Assembly: GCA_025449535.1 (NCBI GenBank)
Contig: JANWJF010000001.1
Span: forward strand, 68,279-132,278
Direction: 5' to 3'
Source: Candidatus Saccharimonadia bacterium
GTDB taxonomy: Bacteria > Patescibacteriota > SICC01
Length of the DNA: 64,000 bases
Shown piece by piece: positions 8,820-18,563 of the stretch. The stretch's first letter is position 1. The number at the start of each line of letters is the position of its first letter. A model generated the notes under the pieces. It was not told where the DNA came from. It saw only the letters and a program-made list of their open reading frames with translations, and searched no databases. A program made the translations under genes and the position numbers.

Positions 8820-9592
8820 CGCACGTACACCCTTCCCGGCACCCGCAGGTCCGCGTATTCGAATGGCCGTTCGCGCGGCACGGCCAGCTTCAGCGCGTCG
8901 GCCTGCGACTCGACCGGACGGGTGGCGTCGAAGATGGCGTACCAACCGTCCTTGGTGACCGCTTGCACCTCGAACGTGGTCTCGGGAATCCGGAATCCGG
9001 TTACTTCGAACCCGCGGTCCTTAAGCGATTGCCGGATCTCCTCCAGGACGGTGATAAACGTGCCGCCCACGACCTGCTCGCCGACGGTGACGGGCAGGTT
9101 CGTCGAGTCTTCCACCGTCAGGAGCTCCTCGTCCATGTCGGCCGCCTCCTCATACGCCACGCCTTGCTGGTCGACGAGGTAAGCCTGTCCGCCGGTCTTC
9201 CAGAGCAGTGTGGAACGGCGTTCCGAGACGGCAAGTACCGCCGTATCCGGCAACGTGGTGGTGACTTCGGCGGTGGCCACTTCCGGCACCGCCCGCTTCA
9301 CGGCATCGGCGATGCTTCCCTTATCCACCAGGAAGATCGACCGGGTGTGCAGCGGCCCGAAGGAACGCTCGCTGGCCTCGAAGACGACTTTGCGGAGCTC
9401 TTCCGCGGACAGGGCCCGTACGCCCTCGACCTTCACCTGGTCGACCCAGAACACCGGTGAGAATACGAGCAGATAGCCGATGCCGGCCAAGACCGCGGCC
9501 AGCACCAACCCGACCGCCCAGAACTTCCCGTACCCGCGGCGGGAGCGGGTCCATTCGCCGCGGCGGTAGTTGGTGCGTCGATTGGTCGGCAT
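8816..9592 (-). CDS. ftsQ: Cell division protein FtsQ/DivIB
   Basis: TM, POTRA domain (FSPVFWVDQVKVEG), C-terminal EYADLR. Confidence 0.9.
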   Translation of the reverse strand: MPTNRRTNYRRGEWTRSRRGYGKFWAVGLVLAAVLAGIGYLLVFSPVFWVDQVKVEGVRALSAEELRKVVFEASERSFGPLHTRSIFLVDKGSIADAVKRAVPEVATAEVTTTLPDTAVLAVSERRSTLLWKTGGQAYLVDQQGVAYEEAADMDEELLTVEDSTNLPVTVGEQVVGGTFITVLEEIRQSLKDRGFEVTGFRIPETTFEVQAVTKDGWYAIFDATRPVESQADALKLAVPRERPFEYADLRVPGRVYVR

Positions 9593-9612
9593 ACGTTCCT
9601 ATTATCCCTTAC

Positions 9613-10497
9613 TCAGCGCTCTCCGAGCCAGACGACTGATTCGGTCAGCTTGATCCCGAGCTGCATCTTCACGCGGGCCTTCATGCGCTGGGCCAGGTTG
9701 TAGACGTCGCGGGCAGTGGCGCCGTCGTCGTTGATGATCGCGTTGGGATTCTTCTCGGAAACCATCGCCCCGCCCTCGCGCTCGCCGCCCATACCCACCT
9801 TGCCGAGCAGGTCGCGAGCCCGTTGGCGTGGCGGATCGGAGAACACGAAGACAAACGGCTTGCCGGCCGGTTCTCCCCGGAGACGCTCCTGGGTGGCCTC
9901 GGCGATCAGCCGGGTCGATTCCGCCGCTTCGCGCCGGACCGTCTCTAGGGTGGCGCTGAGCACCCACTCCTTGCCTTCCCCGAGACGGGCGGAGCCAGCG
10001 TCGCCGTACTTGAGGTCGGCGGGCGTGACATCGACGACGCGTCCGCCCGAGAACAGCGATAACCGCTTGACCCGGTCCGCGAACCGCAGCGTCCCCCGGG
10101 CCGCTCCTTCGGCAATCGCCCCGCCAATCGAACCAGCGTACCCGGCGAAGATCTCCAGACCTCCCCGTTCCTCCTCGGTCAAGCGGCCGATCAGCTCGTG
10201 CACGGGCAGCCCCGCCTCCACGACGACATCCCCGTCCACCAGTTCGTAGCGTCGGGCCCGGCAGCGGACGACCAGGCCGCGATAGCCGTGGTCGCCGCAA
10301 ACGATCCGACTCCCGCAGCCGACGACCGTCACCGGCAGGTCGTTCTCGGCGGCGTCGGCCAGGAGGTCACGGAGCGTCGCCATGTCATCCGCCTCGGCGT
10401 AAAAATCGGCGTTGCCACCGGTCCCGATCTTGGTCTTCTTGCCGACGGGCTCGTTCACCCGGACGCCATACCGCGCCAGGAACCCGGGATCCTTCAC
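9613..10497 (-). CDS. murB: MurB homologue with degenerate catalytic motifs
   Basis: FAD-binding layout (TKIGTGGNA, GCGS, EAG, GGLE, GSIGGA) and dcw position; MNAG, YRxS, AGSxFKNP and LExEV motifs altered. Confidence 0.8.
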   Translation of the reverse strand: MKDPGFLARYGVRVNEPVGKKTKIGTGGNADFYAEADDMATLRDLLADAAENDLPVTVVGCGSRIVCGDHGYRGLVVRCRARRYELVDGDVVVEAGLPVHELIGRLTEEERGGLEIFAGYAGSIGGAIAEGAARGTLRFADRVKRLSLFSGGRVVDVTPADLKYGDAGSARLGEGKEWVLSATLETVRREAAESTRLIAEATQERLRGEPAGKPFVFVFSDPPRQRARDLLGKVGMGGEREGGAMVSEKNPNAIINDDGATARDVYNLAQRMKARVKMQLGIKLTESVVWLGER

Positions 10498-11885
10498 ATC
10501 CGCTCCAGCCGTTCCGCCAGCGCCTGGGCGAACCGGTCGTTGCCGGCCACGGACATCGAGAGCACCACATCGCCCGGCTTGGCGGCCTTCGTCACGGCAT
10601 CCAGTAGCTTCTCTCGGTCCTCGACATAGGTCAGGTCCGCCTTCGACCGCTTCACGATATCCGCTCCGGAGACCGTGGCAGCGTCTCCCTTCTCCCGGGC
10701 GCCTTCTATCTTCGTGATGAAGCCCTGGTCGGCGTCGCCGAAGGCCTCGCCGTATTCGCCCAACAGCTCCTTGGTCCGGGAGTACGTGTGCGGCTGATAG
10801 ACGGCGACCACCCGGCTTTCCGGGTAGTGCAGCTTGGCCGCCCGGATCGTGGTCTTGGCCTCGGTCGGGTGATGGGCATAGTCGTCGATGACGGTAATCG
10901 CGGCATCCGGCCGCGAGACCGGCTCGAAGCGCCGGGACGCGCCCTGGAACGACGCGAATCCCGTGGCGACCGACTCGAACGACAGACCCTCCTCGAGCAG
11001 CACCGCGGCGGCGGCCAACGCGTTCAGCACGTTGTGTTCCCCGTACAGCGGGACGGCCAGTTCCCCGAGCGCGTCGTCATGATGCCTCAGGGTGAACCGG
11101 ATGCCGTCCGGTTCGTAGCGCGGATGTTCCGGGATCCAGTCGGCACCCTCGAAGGCATACGAGTGCCGTTCCCCGGGGAACGCCTGCGCGATCTCCCGGA
11201 CGGTCTCGCTGCCGGACCAATGCACCAGGCGGCCGTCGGCCGGCAGGTCGGCGATCAGGCTGGCGAAACGGTCCTTGACCGCCGCCAGGTCCCGAAAGAA
11301 GTCCGGATGGTCGTGCTCGACGGACGTCAGGATCAGGACGTCGGGCCGGTAGTGCGCGAACTTGGAACTGTCGTCGAGTTGTGAACTGCGGTATTCGTCG
11401 CCTTCGATGGCCGCCACCTTTCCGCCGCGCAACCGCACGCTGGTATCGAAGTTCCGCGGCTGGATGCCGACCAGGAAGTCCGGCGCGAGACCGGCGGACT
11501 CCAACGTCCAGGCCAGCAGTGAGGTGGTGGTTGTCTTACCGTGCGTCCCGGCGACCACGATCCGGCGCGCCCGCCGGGTGAGGTCGCCGACGAGCTCGGC
11601 GAAGGACATGACGGGAATCCCCAACCGCTTCGCCTCGACGATCTCAAGGTGGTCCGGCGGGATACTGCCGGTGACGATCACCGTGTCGACGCCCTTCAGG
11701 TGTGCCGCGGTCGGCTTCCGGAACCAGGTGATTCCCTGCTCGTCCAACCAATCGCTGCCCGGCGGGTAGGCGCCTTCGTCGGTACCGGTGACTGCGTAGC
11801 CGAGCTCTCGGGCGGCCAGGGCCACGCCCCGGATCGCATGCCCGCTGATTCCCAGGAAGTGTAGGTGTTCCTTGGCCTTACCCAT
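10494..11885 (-). CDS. MurC/Mpl family UDP-MurNAc-peptide ligase
   Basis: HFLGISG, GTHGKTTT, EGDEY, DHPD, DDYAHHP, QPHTYSRT; Mpl-like YPP and SKFAHYRP. Confidence 0.9.
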   Translation of the reverse strand: MGKAKEHLHFLGISGHAIRGVALAARELGYAVTGTDEGAYPPGSDWLDEQGITWFRKPTAAHLKGVDTVIVTGSIPPDHLEIVEAKRLGIPVMSFAELVGDLTRRARRIVVAGTHGKTTTTSLLAWTLESAGLAPDFLVGIQPRNFDTSVRLRGGKVAAIEGDEYRSSQLDDSSKFAHYRPDVLILTSVEHDHPDFFRDLAAVKDRFASLIADLPADGRLVHWSGSETVREIAQAFPGERHSYAFEGADWIPEHPRYEPDGIRFTLRHHDDALGELAVPLYGEHNVLNALAAAAVLLEEGLSFESVATGFASFQGASRRFEPVSRPDAAITVIDDYAHHPTEAKTTIRAAKLHYPESRVVAVYQPHTYSRTKELLGEYGEAFGDADQGFITKIEGAREKGDAATVSGADIVKRSKADLTYVEDREKLLDAVTKAAKPGDVVLSMSVAGNDRFAQALAERLERM

Positions 11886-12975
11886 CGCTTCGTGCCGTAT
11901 CGAGTACGAGTTTCGCGACCGCCGCGGCCGCATCCGGACGCGCCAGCTGCTTCGCGGCCCGCCCCATCCGGGAACGCCGTGTGGGGTCGTGCAGGAGCTT
12001 CAGGACAGCGCGGGCCAGCGTAGGCGCGTCGAGATCCGCTTCGGGCAACACTAGCGCGGCCCGGTGTTCCCCGAGCAAGGCCGCGTTGGCCTCCTGGTGG
12101 CCGGAAGCGGACGAGGATAACGGTATCAGGATCGCTGGTTTGCCGACCGCGGCGATGTCCGCGATGCCCCCCGCACCGGCTCGGGAAACGATCAGGTCGG
12201 CACCCGCATACGCATCGAACAGGTCCTCCGCGAACGAGGCTACGGCATGGTAGCGCTTCCGAAGCTTCGCCGGGACCGTGCGGCCGTACTGTTCGTCCTT
12301 CCAGCGCTCCCCTACCTGATGGACGACCTGACACTCCGGCAGGAGTTCGGGTAGCGCAGCGGAGACCAGCCCATTGACGCTGAGCGAGCCCTGGGAGCCG
12401 CCTAGGACCAGTACCGTCGGCACGTTCGCTCGCAGGTCGAAGCGCTTGCGGAACCGGCCGGGATTACCCTTTGTCACCCCTGTCGGGATCGGGTTCCCGG
12501 TGAGGACCAGGTTCGAGTCCGGCACCCAGGGCATCCGTTCCGGAGGGAACGAGACGGCGACCGCGGCAGCCCACTTCTCGGTCATCCGGTTCGCCAGGCC
12601 GGGTACGACGTCCGATTCATGCAGGACGATCGGGACCTTGAGCCGCTTGGCCGCCCGGGCCACCGGCAGCGAGACGAAGCCTCCCTTGGCGAACAGCACG
12701 TCCGGCTTGAACCGTTTGACGATGCGGAGACTCTGCCGGTAGCCCCGGAGGACTCGGAACGGCTCGAGCAGCGTACGCATGGCGAAGTACCGGCGCAGCT
12801 TGCCCGTATCGACCGCTTCGAACGCGAATCCGGCCTGCTTCACGCGCCGTCGATCGGCCGGATTGGTGCTTCCGACGAACAGGACCTCCGCCCCGCGGCG
12901 CTTCAGCTCAGCCGATACTGCGAGCGCCGGCATGACGTGTCCGCCGGTTCCCCCGCCGGCGACCAATACTCGCAT
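11878..12975 (-). CDS. murG: Lipid II GlcNAc transferase MurG
   Basis: GGGTGGH, GGFVS, HE, GNP, GGSQG, SRAG, HQEANA. Confidence 0.97.
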   Translation of the reverse strand: MRVLVAGGGTGGHVMPALAVSAELKRRGAEVLFVGSTNPADRRRVKQAGFAFEAVDTGKLRRYFAMRTLLEPFRVLRGYRQSLRIVKRFKPDVLFAKGGFVSLPVARAAKRLKVPIVLHESDVVPGLANRMTEKWAAAVAVSFPPERMPWVPDSNLVLTGNPIPTGVTKGNPGRFRKRFDLRANVPTVLVLGGSQGSLSVNGLVSAALPELLPECQVVHQVGERWKDEQYGRTVPAKLRKRYHAVASFAEDLFDAYAGADLIVSRAGAGGIADIAAVGKPAILIPLSSSASGHQEANAALLGEHRAALVLPEADLDAPTLARAVLKLLHDPTRRSRMGRAAKQLARPDAAAAVAKLVLDTARSDG

Positions 12976-14086
12976 GGCTAGCCTCCTTTCCGCCGGCCAC
13001 CGTATGGCGCGACACGTTCATGACGATTCCCATCGCGGTCAGCAGGACGACCAGTGACGATCCGCCGAGCGAAATGAACGGCAGCGTCACCCCGGTGAGC
13101 GGGATCAACGACAACATCGCGGCGACGTTCACGATCGCCTGCAGGGTGACCCAGGTAATGAACCCGGTGACCAACAACCGCCCGAAGTCGTCCGGAGCGT
13201 ATCGCGCGATCCGAAGGCCCCGCCGGGCCAGGAAGGCGAACGTCGCCAGCAAGGCCACGGAAGCCAGGAAGCCCAGTTCCTCCCCGATCACGGCGAAGAT
13301 CGAGTCGTTCATTGGCTCCGGCAGATAGAAGTTCTTCTGGAGCGAGTTGTTGAAACCGACCCCGAACAGTCCGCCCGAGCCGATGGCCACCAGCGCCTGC
13401 TGGACGTGGTAGCCCGTGCCCTGGGTGTCCTTGGACGGGTCCAGGAACGTCAGGAACCGGTTGATTCGATACGGCGCGGTCGCGATCAGGACGGCCACGA
13501 CGCCGAACAGGCCGGCGAAGGACATCCCGATGTGCCGGAGCGGCGCCCCGGCCGTGAAGTACATCGTCAGGGCGGTCCCGGCCAACACGGCGGTCGTACC
13601 GAGGTCGGGCTGCAGCATGATCAGCCCACCGAGCAGAGCGGTGACCGCGGCAAACGGCAGAAACGTGCCGGTGAAGTCGTCTTTCTTTCGGCGACCGGAC
13701 AACCAGGCAGCCAGGTAGACGACCAGGGCCAGCTTGGCGACCTCGGAGACCTGCAGCGGCACCACGCCGAGATCGATCCAGCGCCGAGCGCCGCCATGTT
13801 CGAACCCGACGCCCGGGATGAACAGGACCAGGAGCAGCGCGACGGCCGCCAGGAGCAGCGGTAGGGCGAGCTTCTTCCAGACCTGATAGTGGACGCGTTG
13901 GGCGACGTAGAACGCCAGCAGGCCGACCAAGAGCGAGCCCAGCTGTTGGGTGAAGTAATAGTACCCGTTGCCCTTCAGCTGAAAGGACTGCACCTGGCCG
14001 GCGGAGAGGATCATCAGGAGGCCGAACGCCGAGAGGGCCACCACCGTCAGGAAGAACGTGTAGTCCGGCCGGTGGGCCCGTGCCAT
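12908..14086 (-). CDS. ftsW: SEDS glycosyltransferase FtsW
   Basis: GARRWI, QVSEVAK, QPDLGT, LPEPMNDSIF, TGVTLPFISLGGSS. Confidence 0.96.
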   Translation of the reverse strand: MARAHRPDYTFFLTVVALSAFGLLMILSAGQVQSFQLKGNGYYYFTQQLGSLLVGLLAFYVAQRVHYQVWKKLALPLLLAAVALLLVLFIPGVGFEHGGARRWIDLGVVPLQVSEVAKLALVVYLAAWLSGRRKKDDFTGTFLPFAAVTALLGGLIMLQPDLGTTAVLAGTALTMYFTAGAPLRHIGMSFAGLFGVVAVLIATAPYRINRFLTFLDPSKDTQGTGYHVQQALVAIGSGGLFGVGFNNSLQKNFYLPEPMNDSIFAVIGEELGFLASVALLATFAFLARRGLRIARYAPDDFGRLLVTGFITWVTLQAIVNVAAMLSLIPLTGVTLPFISLGGSSLVVLLTAMGIVMNVSRHTVAGGKEASHASIGRRRGNRRTRHAGARSIG

Positions 14087-14175
14087 CAGATGACTCCTTT
14101 CCTCAGGCGAGGACCGCCGCCGCGGACCGTCAGACGCGCCTTCAGGTCCGCGGCGGCGGCCTGAGCGACCGCCAT
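14086..14175 (-). pseudogene. 29-aa coupled mini-ORF, probable murD remnant
   Basis: MAVAQAAAADLKARLTVRGGGPRLRKGVI; TGATG overlaps with both the mraY stop and the ftsW start; occupies the canonical murD slot. Confidence 0.5.
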
Positions 14176-15182
14176 CAGGAGCCTCCGCCGACCACGCCGG
14201 CCACCAGTCCGACCACCGCGCAGACCGCGCCGATGATCCAGAACCGCATCGTGACCTTGGTCTCCGGCCAGCCGATCGCCTCGAAGTGATGATGGATCGG
14301 CGTGGACCTGAAGATCTTCCGGCCCAGGAACTTCTTGCTGAGCAGCTGGACGATCACGGAGAGCGTCTCCGCGGCGAACACGAACCCGATGATCGGCAGA
14401 ATCAGCAGCGCGTCGTTGAGCGCCGCCACCACCGCCAGCGTCGCCCCGAGCGCCATCGAACCCGTGTCTCCCATGAAGAACCGGGCGGGATGGATATTGA
14501 ACCACAGGAAGGCCAACAGCGCCCCGACCACCGAACCGCAGAAGGCGGCCAGCAGGTACAGCTCGTTGACGTAGGAGAGCGCCCCGAACGCGGTGAACGA
14601 GATCGCCAGGAGTCCGGCGGCCAGGCCGTCCAGGCCGTCGGTGATGTTCACGGCGTTGGTCGTGGCCACCATCGCGATGATGAACAGCGGGATATAGAGC
14701 CAGCCGATCGTGAAGTCGCCTACCGCTGGGACGTGCAGCGAGGTATAACCGAGTTTCTCGTAGAACCACCAGGCGCCCACGGCGCCGATACCCAGCTGGG
14801 CGACGATCTTGTGCCACACCCGGATGCCGCCGCCGGAAGGACCGATACCGCGGATATTCAGGTAGTCGTCGACGACGCCGATCACCCCGACTGAGACCAA
14901 CGTGAACAGCGGCAGCCAGGTCTCGCCACGGTCGGAGTTGAAGAGCAGTGTCGCCAGGGCCACGGTCACCCAAATCAGCAGCCCGCCCATCGTGGGAGTG
15001 CCGGCCTTGGCGGCATGAAGCTTCCGGAAGACGGGCGCTCCCCCGCCGACGCCGGTCGTCCGCAGTCGCTTGCCGAGCCGATACTTGTAGAGAATCCCGG
15101 ACCAGAACGGCGTCGCGGCCATGGCGGCCACGAACGAGAAGGTCGAGAGCAGGAAGATGTTGTTTAGATACGCGGTTTCCAT
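14175..15182 (-). CDS. mraY: Phospho-MurNAc-pentapeptide transferase
   Basis: GTPTMGG, DD, NAVNITDGLDGL, FMGDTGS, PIHHHFE. Confidence 0.98.
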   Translation of the reverse strand: METAYLNNIFLLSTFSFVAAMAATPFWSGILYKYRLGKRLRTTGVGGGAPVFRKLHAAKAGTPTMGGLLIWVTVALATLLFNSDRGETWLPLFTLVSVGVIGVVDDYLNIRGIGPSGGGIRVWHKIVAQLGIGAVGAWWFYEKLGYTSLHVPAVGDFTIGWLYIPLFIIAMVATTNAVNITDGLDGLAAGLLAISFTAFGALSYVNELYLLAAFCGSVVGALLAFLWFNIHPARFFMGDTGSMALGATLAVVAALNDALLILPIIGFVFAAETLSVIVQLLSKKFLGRKIFRSTPIHHHFEAIGWPETKVTMRFWIIGAVCAVVGLVAGVVGGGS

Positions 15183-15198
15183 GTTTGTTTACCTTATT

Positions 15199-16482
15199 CT
15201 AGCCCCGCTTCCCCCAGTCAGTCACGCCCGCACGCCTGGCGTGCCACGGATTGTTGAGCCGCTGGAGCAGTCGGGCACGATCCCGCGGGTGCTTCAGCTC
15301 GGCGGCCACGACTTGCTCCAGGTACATCGACTGCGAACCCTTCACCAGCAGCGAGCCGCCTTTCCCGAGCTGGTCGACGATCTTGGCGGCTTCCAGCGCG
15401 TTCGAAGCCAGGTGGATCGACCCGGCGGCCAAGCGGGCCTCCTTGGCCGCGGCCGCGATTATCGCCGCTTCGTCCCCTACCGCTACGAGCTCGTCCACCA
15501 GTTTGGCGGCGGCCTTGCCGACCGCACGGTGGCCGGCCGCCGACTCCGAGCCGAGCTCCTTCATATCCCCGAGTACCGCGCGACGTGGCCGCGGGAACGC
15601 CTGCAGGGCTTCCAGCGAGGCGATCACCGCCTCGGGCGAGGCGTTGTAGGTGTCGTCGATGACCGTCCGGCCGTCCTTGCCCTCGAAGACCCGCAAGCGA
15701 CCCGGGGACGGGATCCACTTCGCCGCGGCCTTGAGGGAGTCGACGGGCGGTACCTCTAACACGTCCGCCGTCGCCAAGCCGGCGATGATCGCGGATAGTT
15801 GCGGCTTGCCGTGCACGCCGGTCCGGAGCGCTTCTTCCCGCTCCCCAAGCGCGATCGTCGTGCGGTATCCGCCGCGTTCGTGTTCGGCGCCGAGCAAGCG
15901 TACGTGTGCCTCGGACGCCTCGCCGTACAACCGGACCTTGGCTGTAGTCAGGGAGCGCATCGCCCGCACCCGCGGGTCATCCGCGTTAAGGACCGCGGTG
16001 CCGTCCTTCCGCAGACACCGGACCAACCATCCCTTCTCATCCGCGATCTGGTCGATCGAGTCGTAGAACTCCCGGTGCACGTTCCGGACGTTCGTGACCA
16101 TGGCCACGTCCGGACGGACCAGAGTAGCCAGATGTTTCATGTCGCCCGGTTTGTCGGCAGCTAGCTCGAGCACCAGTACTTCCGGATACTCGGCGGTCCC
16201 GGCCAACAGCCGCAGGGACCGCAGTAGCAGCCAGGGCCATCCCCACGGCCGCGGCAACGGCATGCCCAGTATGGTCAACGGCACGCCGACCTCCGTGTTG
16301 TAGTTGCCTTCGGTCTGGCGGACGCGGTAGCGGGTCGCCAGCATCGCGGCCGTGACTTCCTTGGTCGAGGTCTTGCCCACGCTGCCGGTGACCGCCACGA
16401 CCCGCGGCCGGTAGCGGGCCAGGACGCCGCGGGCGAGGAGCGTCAGCCAAAAGACCAGGATGCGACGAATCAGTGATTTCAT
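15199..16482 (-). CDS. murF: UDP-MurNAc-tripeptide D-Ala-D-Ala ligase
   Basis: GSVGKTSTK, NYNTEVGVP, DDTYNASP, LGDMKELG, KGS. Confidence 0.95.
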   Translation of the reverse strand: MKSLIRRILVFWLTLLARGVLARYRPRVVAVTGSVGKTSTKEVTAAMLATRYRVRQTEGNYNTEVGVPLTILGMPLPRPWGWPWLLLRSLRLLAGTAEYPEVLVLELAADKPGDMKHLATLVRPDVAMVTNVRNVHREFYDSIDQIADEKGWLVRCLRKDGTAVLNADDPRVRAMRSLTTAKVRLYGEASEAHVRLLGAEHERGGYRTTIALGEREEALRTGVHGKPQLSAIIAGLATADVLEVPPVDSLKAAAKWIPSPGRLRVFEGKDGRTVIDDTYNASPEAVIASLEALQAFPRPRRAVLGDMKELGSESAAGHRAVGKAAAKLVDELVAVGDEAAIIAAAAKEARLAAGSIHLASNALEAAKIVDQLGKGGSLLVKGSQSMYLEQVVAAELKHPRDRARLLQRLNNPWHARRAGVTDWGKRG

Positions 16483-18203
16483 GAGGGAGGGGCGTTATAG
16501 TACTGCAGCAGGAACTTGGCCACTTCCCCGAACGTCGGTGCGGCGGACTCTTCGGCGAACGTGACGCCCTTCGGCCGGTCGACCTTCACCAGCATCACGA
16601 ACTTGGGGTCGTTCGCCGGGGCGAACCCGACGAAGTTGCCGATCGTCGCGTTCTCCTCGTAGGCGCCGCCCGACGCGATCTGGGCCGTACCCGTCTTCCC
16701 GGCCACCCGGTAGCCCTGCACCGCCGCCGGCCGGCCCGCGCCCGCCTCCACCACCCGGATCATCATGCCGGTGATCTGGGACGCCGCCCGGGGGCTGATC
16801 GCCTGCCGGACGACCTTGGGCTTGGTGACCTCCACCGTGCCGTCCTGGTGCTGGATGCGGTCGACGATGTGCGGCTGCACCAGCTTGCCCTGGTTGGCGA
16901 AGCTGCCGACCGCGGTCAGGAGTTGGACCGGCGTGACCGAGATACCCTGGCCGAATGACATGGTGGCCAACCGGACCTCGGTCAGCTCCGACAGCGCCGG
17001 CAGGTTCGGCGTGACCTCGCCGGCCACCTCGAGCCCGGACGGGGTCCCGAACCCGAACCGCTTCACGTAGTCGTAGAGCGGCCGGCCGCCCATCCGTTGG
17101 ACGGCCTGGACCATTCCCACGTTGTCGGACCGTTCGATCGCATCGGTCATGGTGCCGTCGCCGTACGGCCGACGCTCGGCGTTGAAGATCTCGCGGTCCG
17201 CCACCTTGATGGAGGCGGTGCCCTTGTACGGCGTGTCCGGCGTCACGGCGCCCGCGTCCAGGGCGGAGGCCATCACGATGGTCTTGAACGTCGAACCCGG
17301 CTCGTAAGTACCGGTGACGGCCTGGTTGGTGTACGACGCCACGTCGAAAGCACCGAACCGGTTGGGGTCGAAGGTCGGCCGGGAGGCCATCGCCACGATC
17401 GCACCGGTCTTCGGGTCCATCACCATGATGCTGCCGCCGTCGGCGCTGAACCGGTCCACCATCGCGTCCAACGCTTCCTCGACCTTGAACTGCACGTTAC
17501 GGTCGATCGTCAGGACGACGTTGTCGCCGTCCTTGGGCGGCGTGTAGCTGGCCACGCCGAGCGCCAACTCCTGGCCGGTGGCGTTCTTGGCCTGACCGAC
17601 CGAGCCGACCGAGCCATGCAGGATGTCGTCGAAGTAGGACTCGATCCCGTACTGTCCCTTGCCGTCCGAGTTCACGAACCCAAGGACCTGCGCGGCCAAG
17701 CCGTCCTCCGGGTAGAACCGGGTCGGGCTGGGCGTGAGATAGATGCCGGACAGCGCCAACTTCTCGAGCTCCTTGGAGCGGTCGTAGTCGATCGTCCCGA
17801 GCGGCGGCAGGTACAGCTTGTCGTTGTTGATGTCCTTCAGGATGATGTCCGGCTCGGTCTCCAGGATCTTGCCGAGCTCCTTGGCCGTCTCCTCCTTGTC
17901 GGTCACCTGGCTCGGCACCACGTTGACCGCATACTCGATCTGATTGGTCGCCAGCGGGTAGGTCGCGGTACCGCCGTCCTTCACCAGGATCTGGCCCCGG
18001 CGTCCGACCAGTTCCTTCTGCTGGTACTGCTGTTCATGGGCCAGCGTCTTGTAGGTCGGATGCTCGAGCAGTTGCTTCTGGGCCAACCGGAGCCCTAGGA
18101 ACGAGATCAACAATACGAGCACCAGGCTGATGAACATCAGCCGGCGTCGTTGGAGGTTCTGGGTGGATTGCTCGGTCACGGATAGGGTTTGTTTCTCCCC
18201 CAT
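16479..18203 (-). CDS. ftsI: Class B penicillin-binding protein FtsI
   Basis: RG, RFYP, GIE, LTID; SxxK (EPGSTFK), SDN, KTGT. Confidence 0.95.
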   Translation of the reverse strand: MGEKQTLSVTEQSTQNLQRRRLMFISLVLVLLISFLGLRLAQKQLLEHPTYKTLAHEQQYQQKELVGRRGQILVKDGGTATYPLATNQIEYAVNVVPSQVTDKEETAKELGKILETEPDIILKDINNDKLYLPPLGTIDYDRSKELEKLALSGIYLTPSPTRFYPEDGLAAQVLGFVNSDGKGQYGIESYFDDILHGSVGSVGQAKNATGQELALGVASYTPPKDGDNVVLTIDRNVQFKVEEALDAMVDRFSADGGSIMVMDPKTGAIVAMASRPTFDPNRFGAFDVASYTNQAVTGTYEPGSTFKTIVMASALDAGAVTPDTPYKGTASIKVADREIFNAERRPYGDGTMTDAIERSDNVGMVQAVQRMGGRPLYDYVKRFGFGTPSGLEVAGEVTPNLPALSELTEVRLATMSFGQGISVTPVQLLTAVGSFANQGKLVQPHIVDRIQHQDGTVEVTKPKVVRQAISPRAASQITGMMIRVVEAGAGRPAAVQGYRVAGKTGTAQIASGGAYEENATIGNFVGFAPANDPKFVMLVKVDRPKGVTFAEESAAPTFGEVAKFLLQYYNAPPS

Positions 18204-18227
18204 TGTAGCCGTACCGGGCTGCCGAGC

Positions 18228-18563
18228 CTACGAGGCGTACGCGTCGGCGGCCGTCCGGCCCGGCGTCAGCTTGCCGTCGCCCGACTTCTTGATCTGCTGC
18301 AGCGACTGCAGTCGCGCCGCTTCCGTCGAAAGCCGCTCGTTCTGCTCGATGATATCGGCCTTCTGGGCCTCCAGCGCCTTCAGTTGCAGGTTCTGGGTCG
18401 AGACCCGGTTGGATTGCACCAGGTAGAACAAGGCCAGCAAGGCCAGGGTGACCACGAAGACGAACCGGACGGTGACCGGTCCGACGCGCACTCCGGCGCG
18501 GCTGATCGTCCGTCCTCTCGTGCCCATCCGGGCGGTGTTAGCCGTAAGCGTAACTAAACTCAT
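18228..18563 (-). CDS. ftsL: FtsL-like cell division protein
   Basis: TM plus coiled coil between rsmH and ftsI; strong GAGGAGG RBS. Confidence 0.75.
   Translation of the reverse strand: MSLVTLTANTARMGTRGRTISRAGVRVGPVTVRFVFVVTLALLALFYLVQSNRVSTQNLQLKALEAQKADIIEQNERLSTEAARLQSLQQIKKSGDGKLTPGRTAADAYAS

Noticed and set aside
14176-14973. 295-aa alternative-frame ORF overlapping mraY
   Set aside because: Arg-rich off-frame reading; only the last 29 codons after the TGATG overlap are credible
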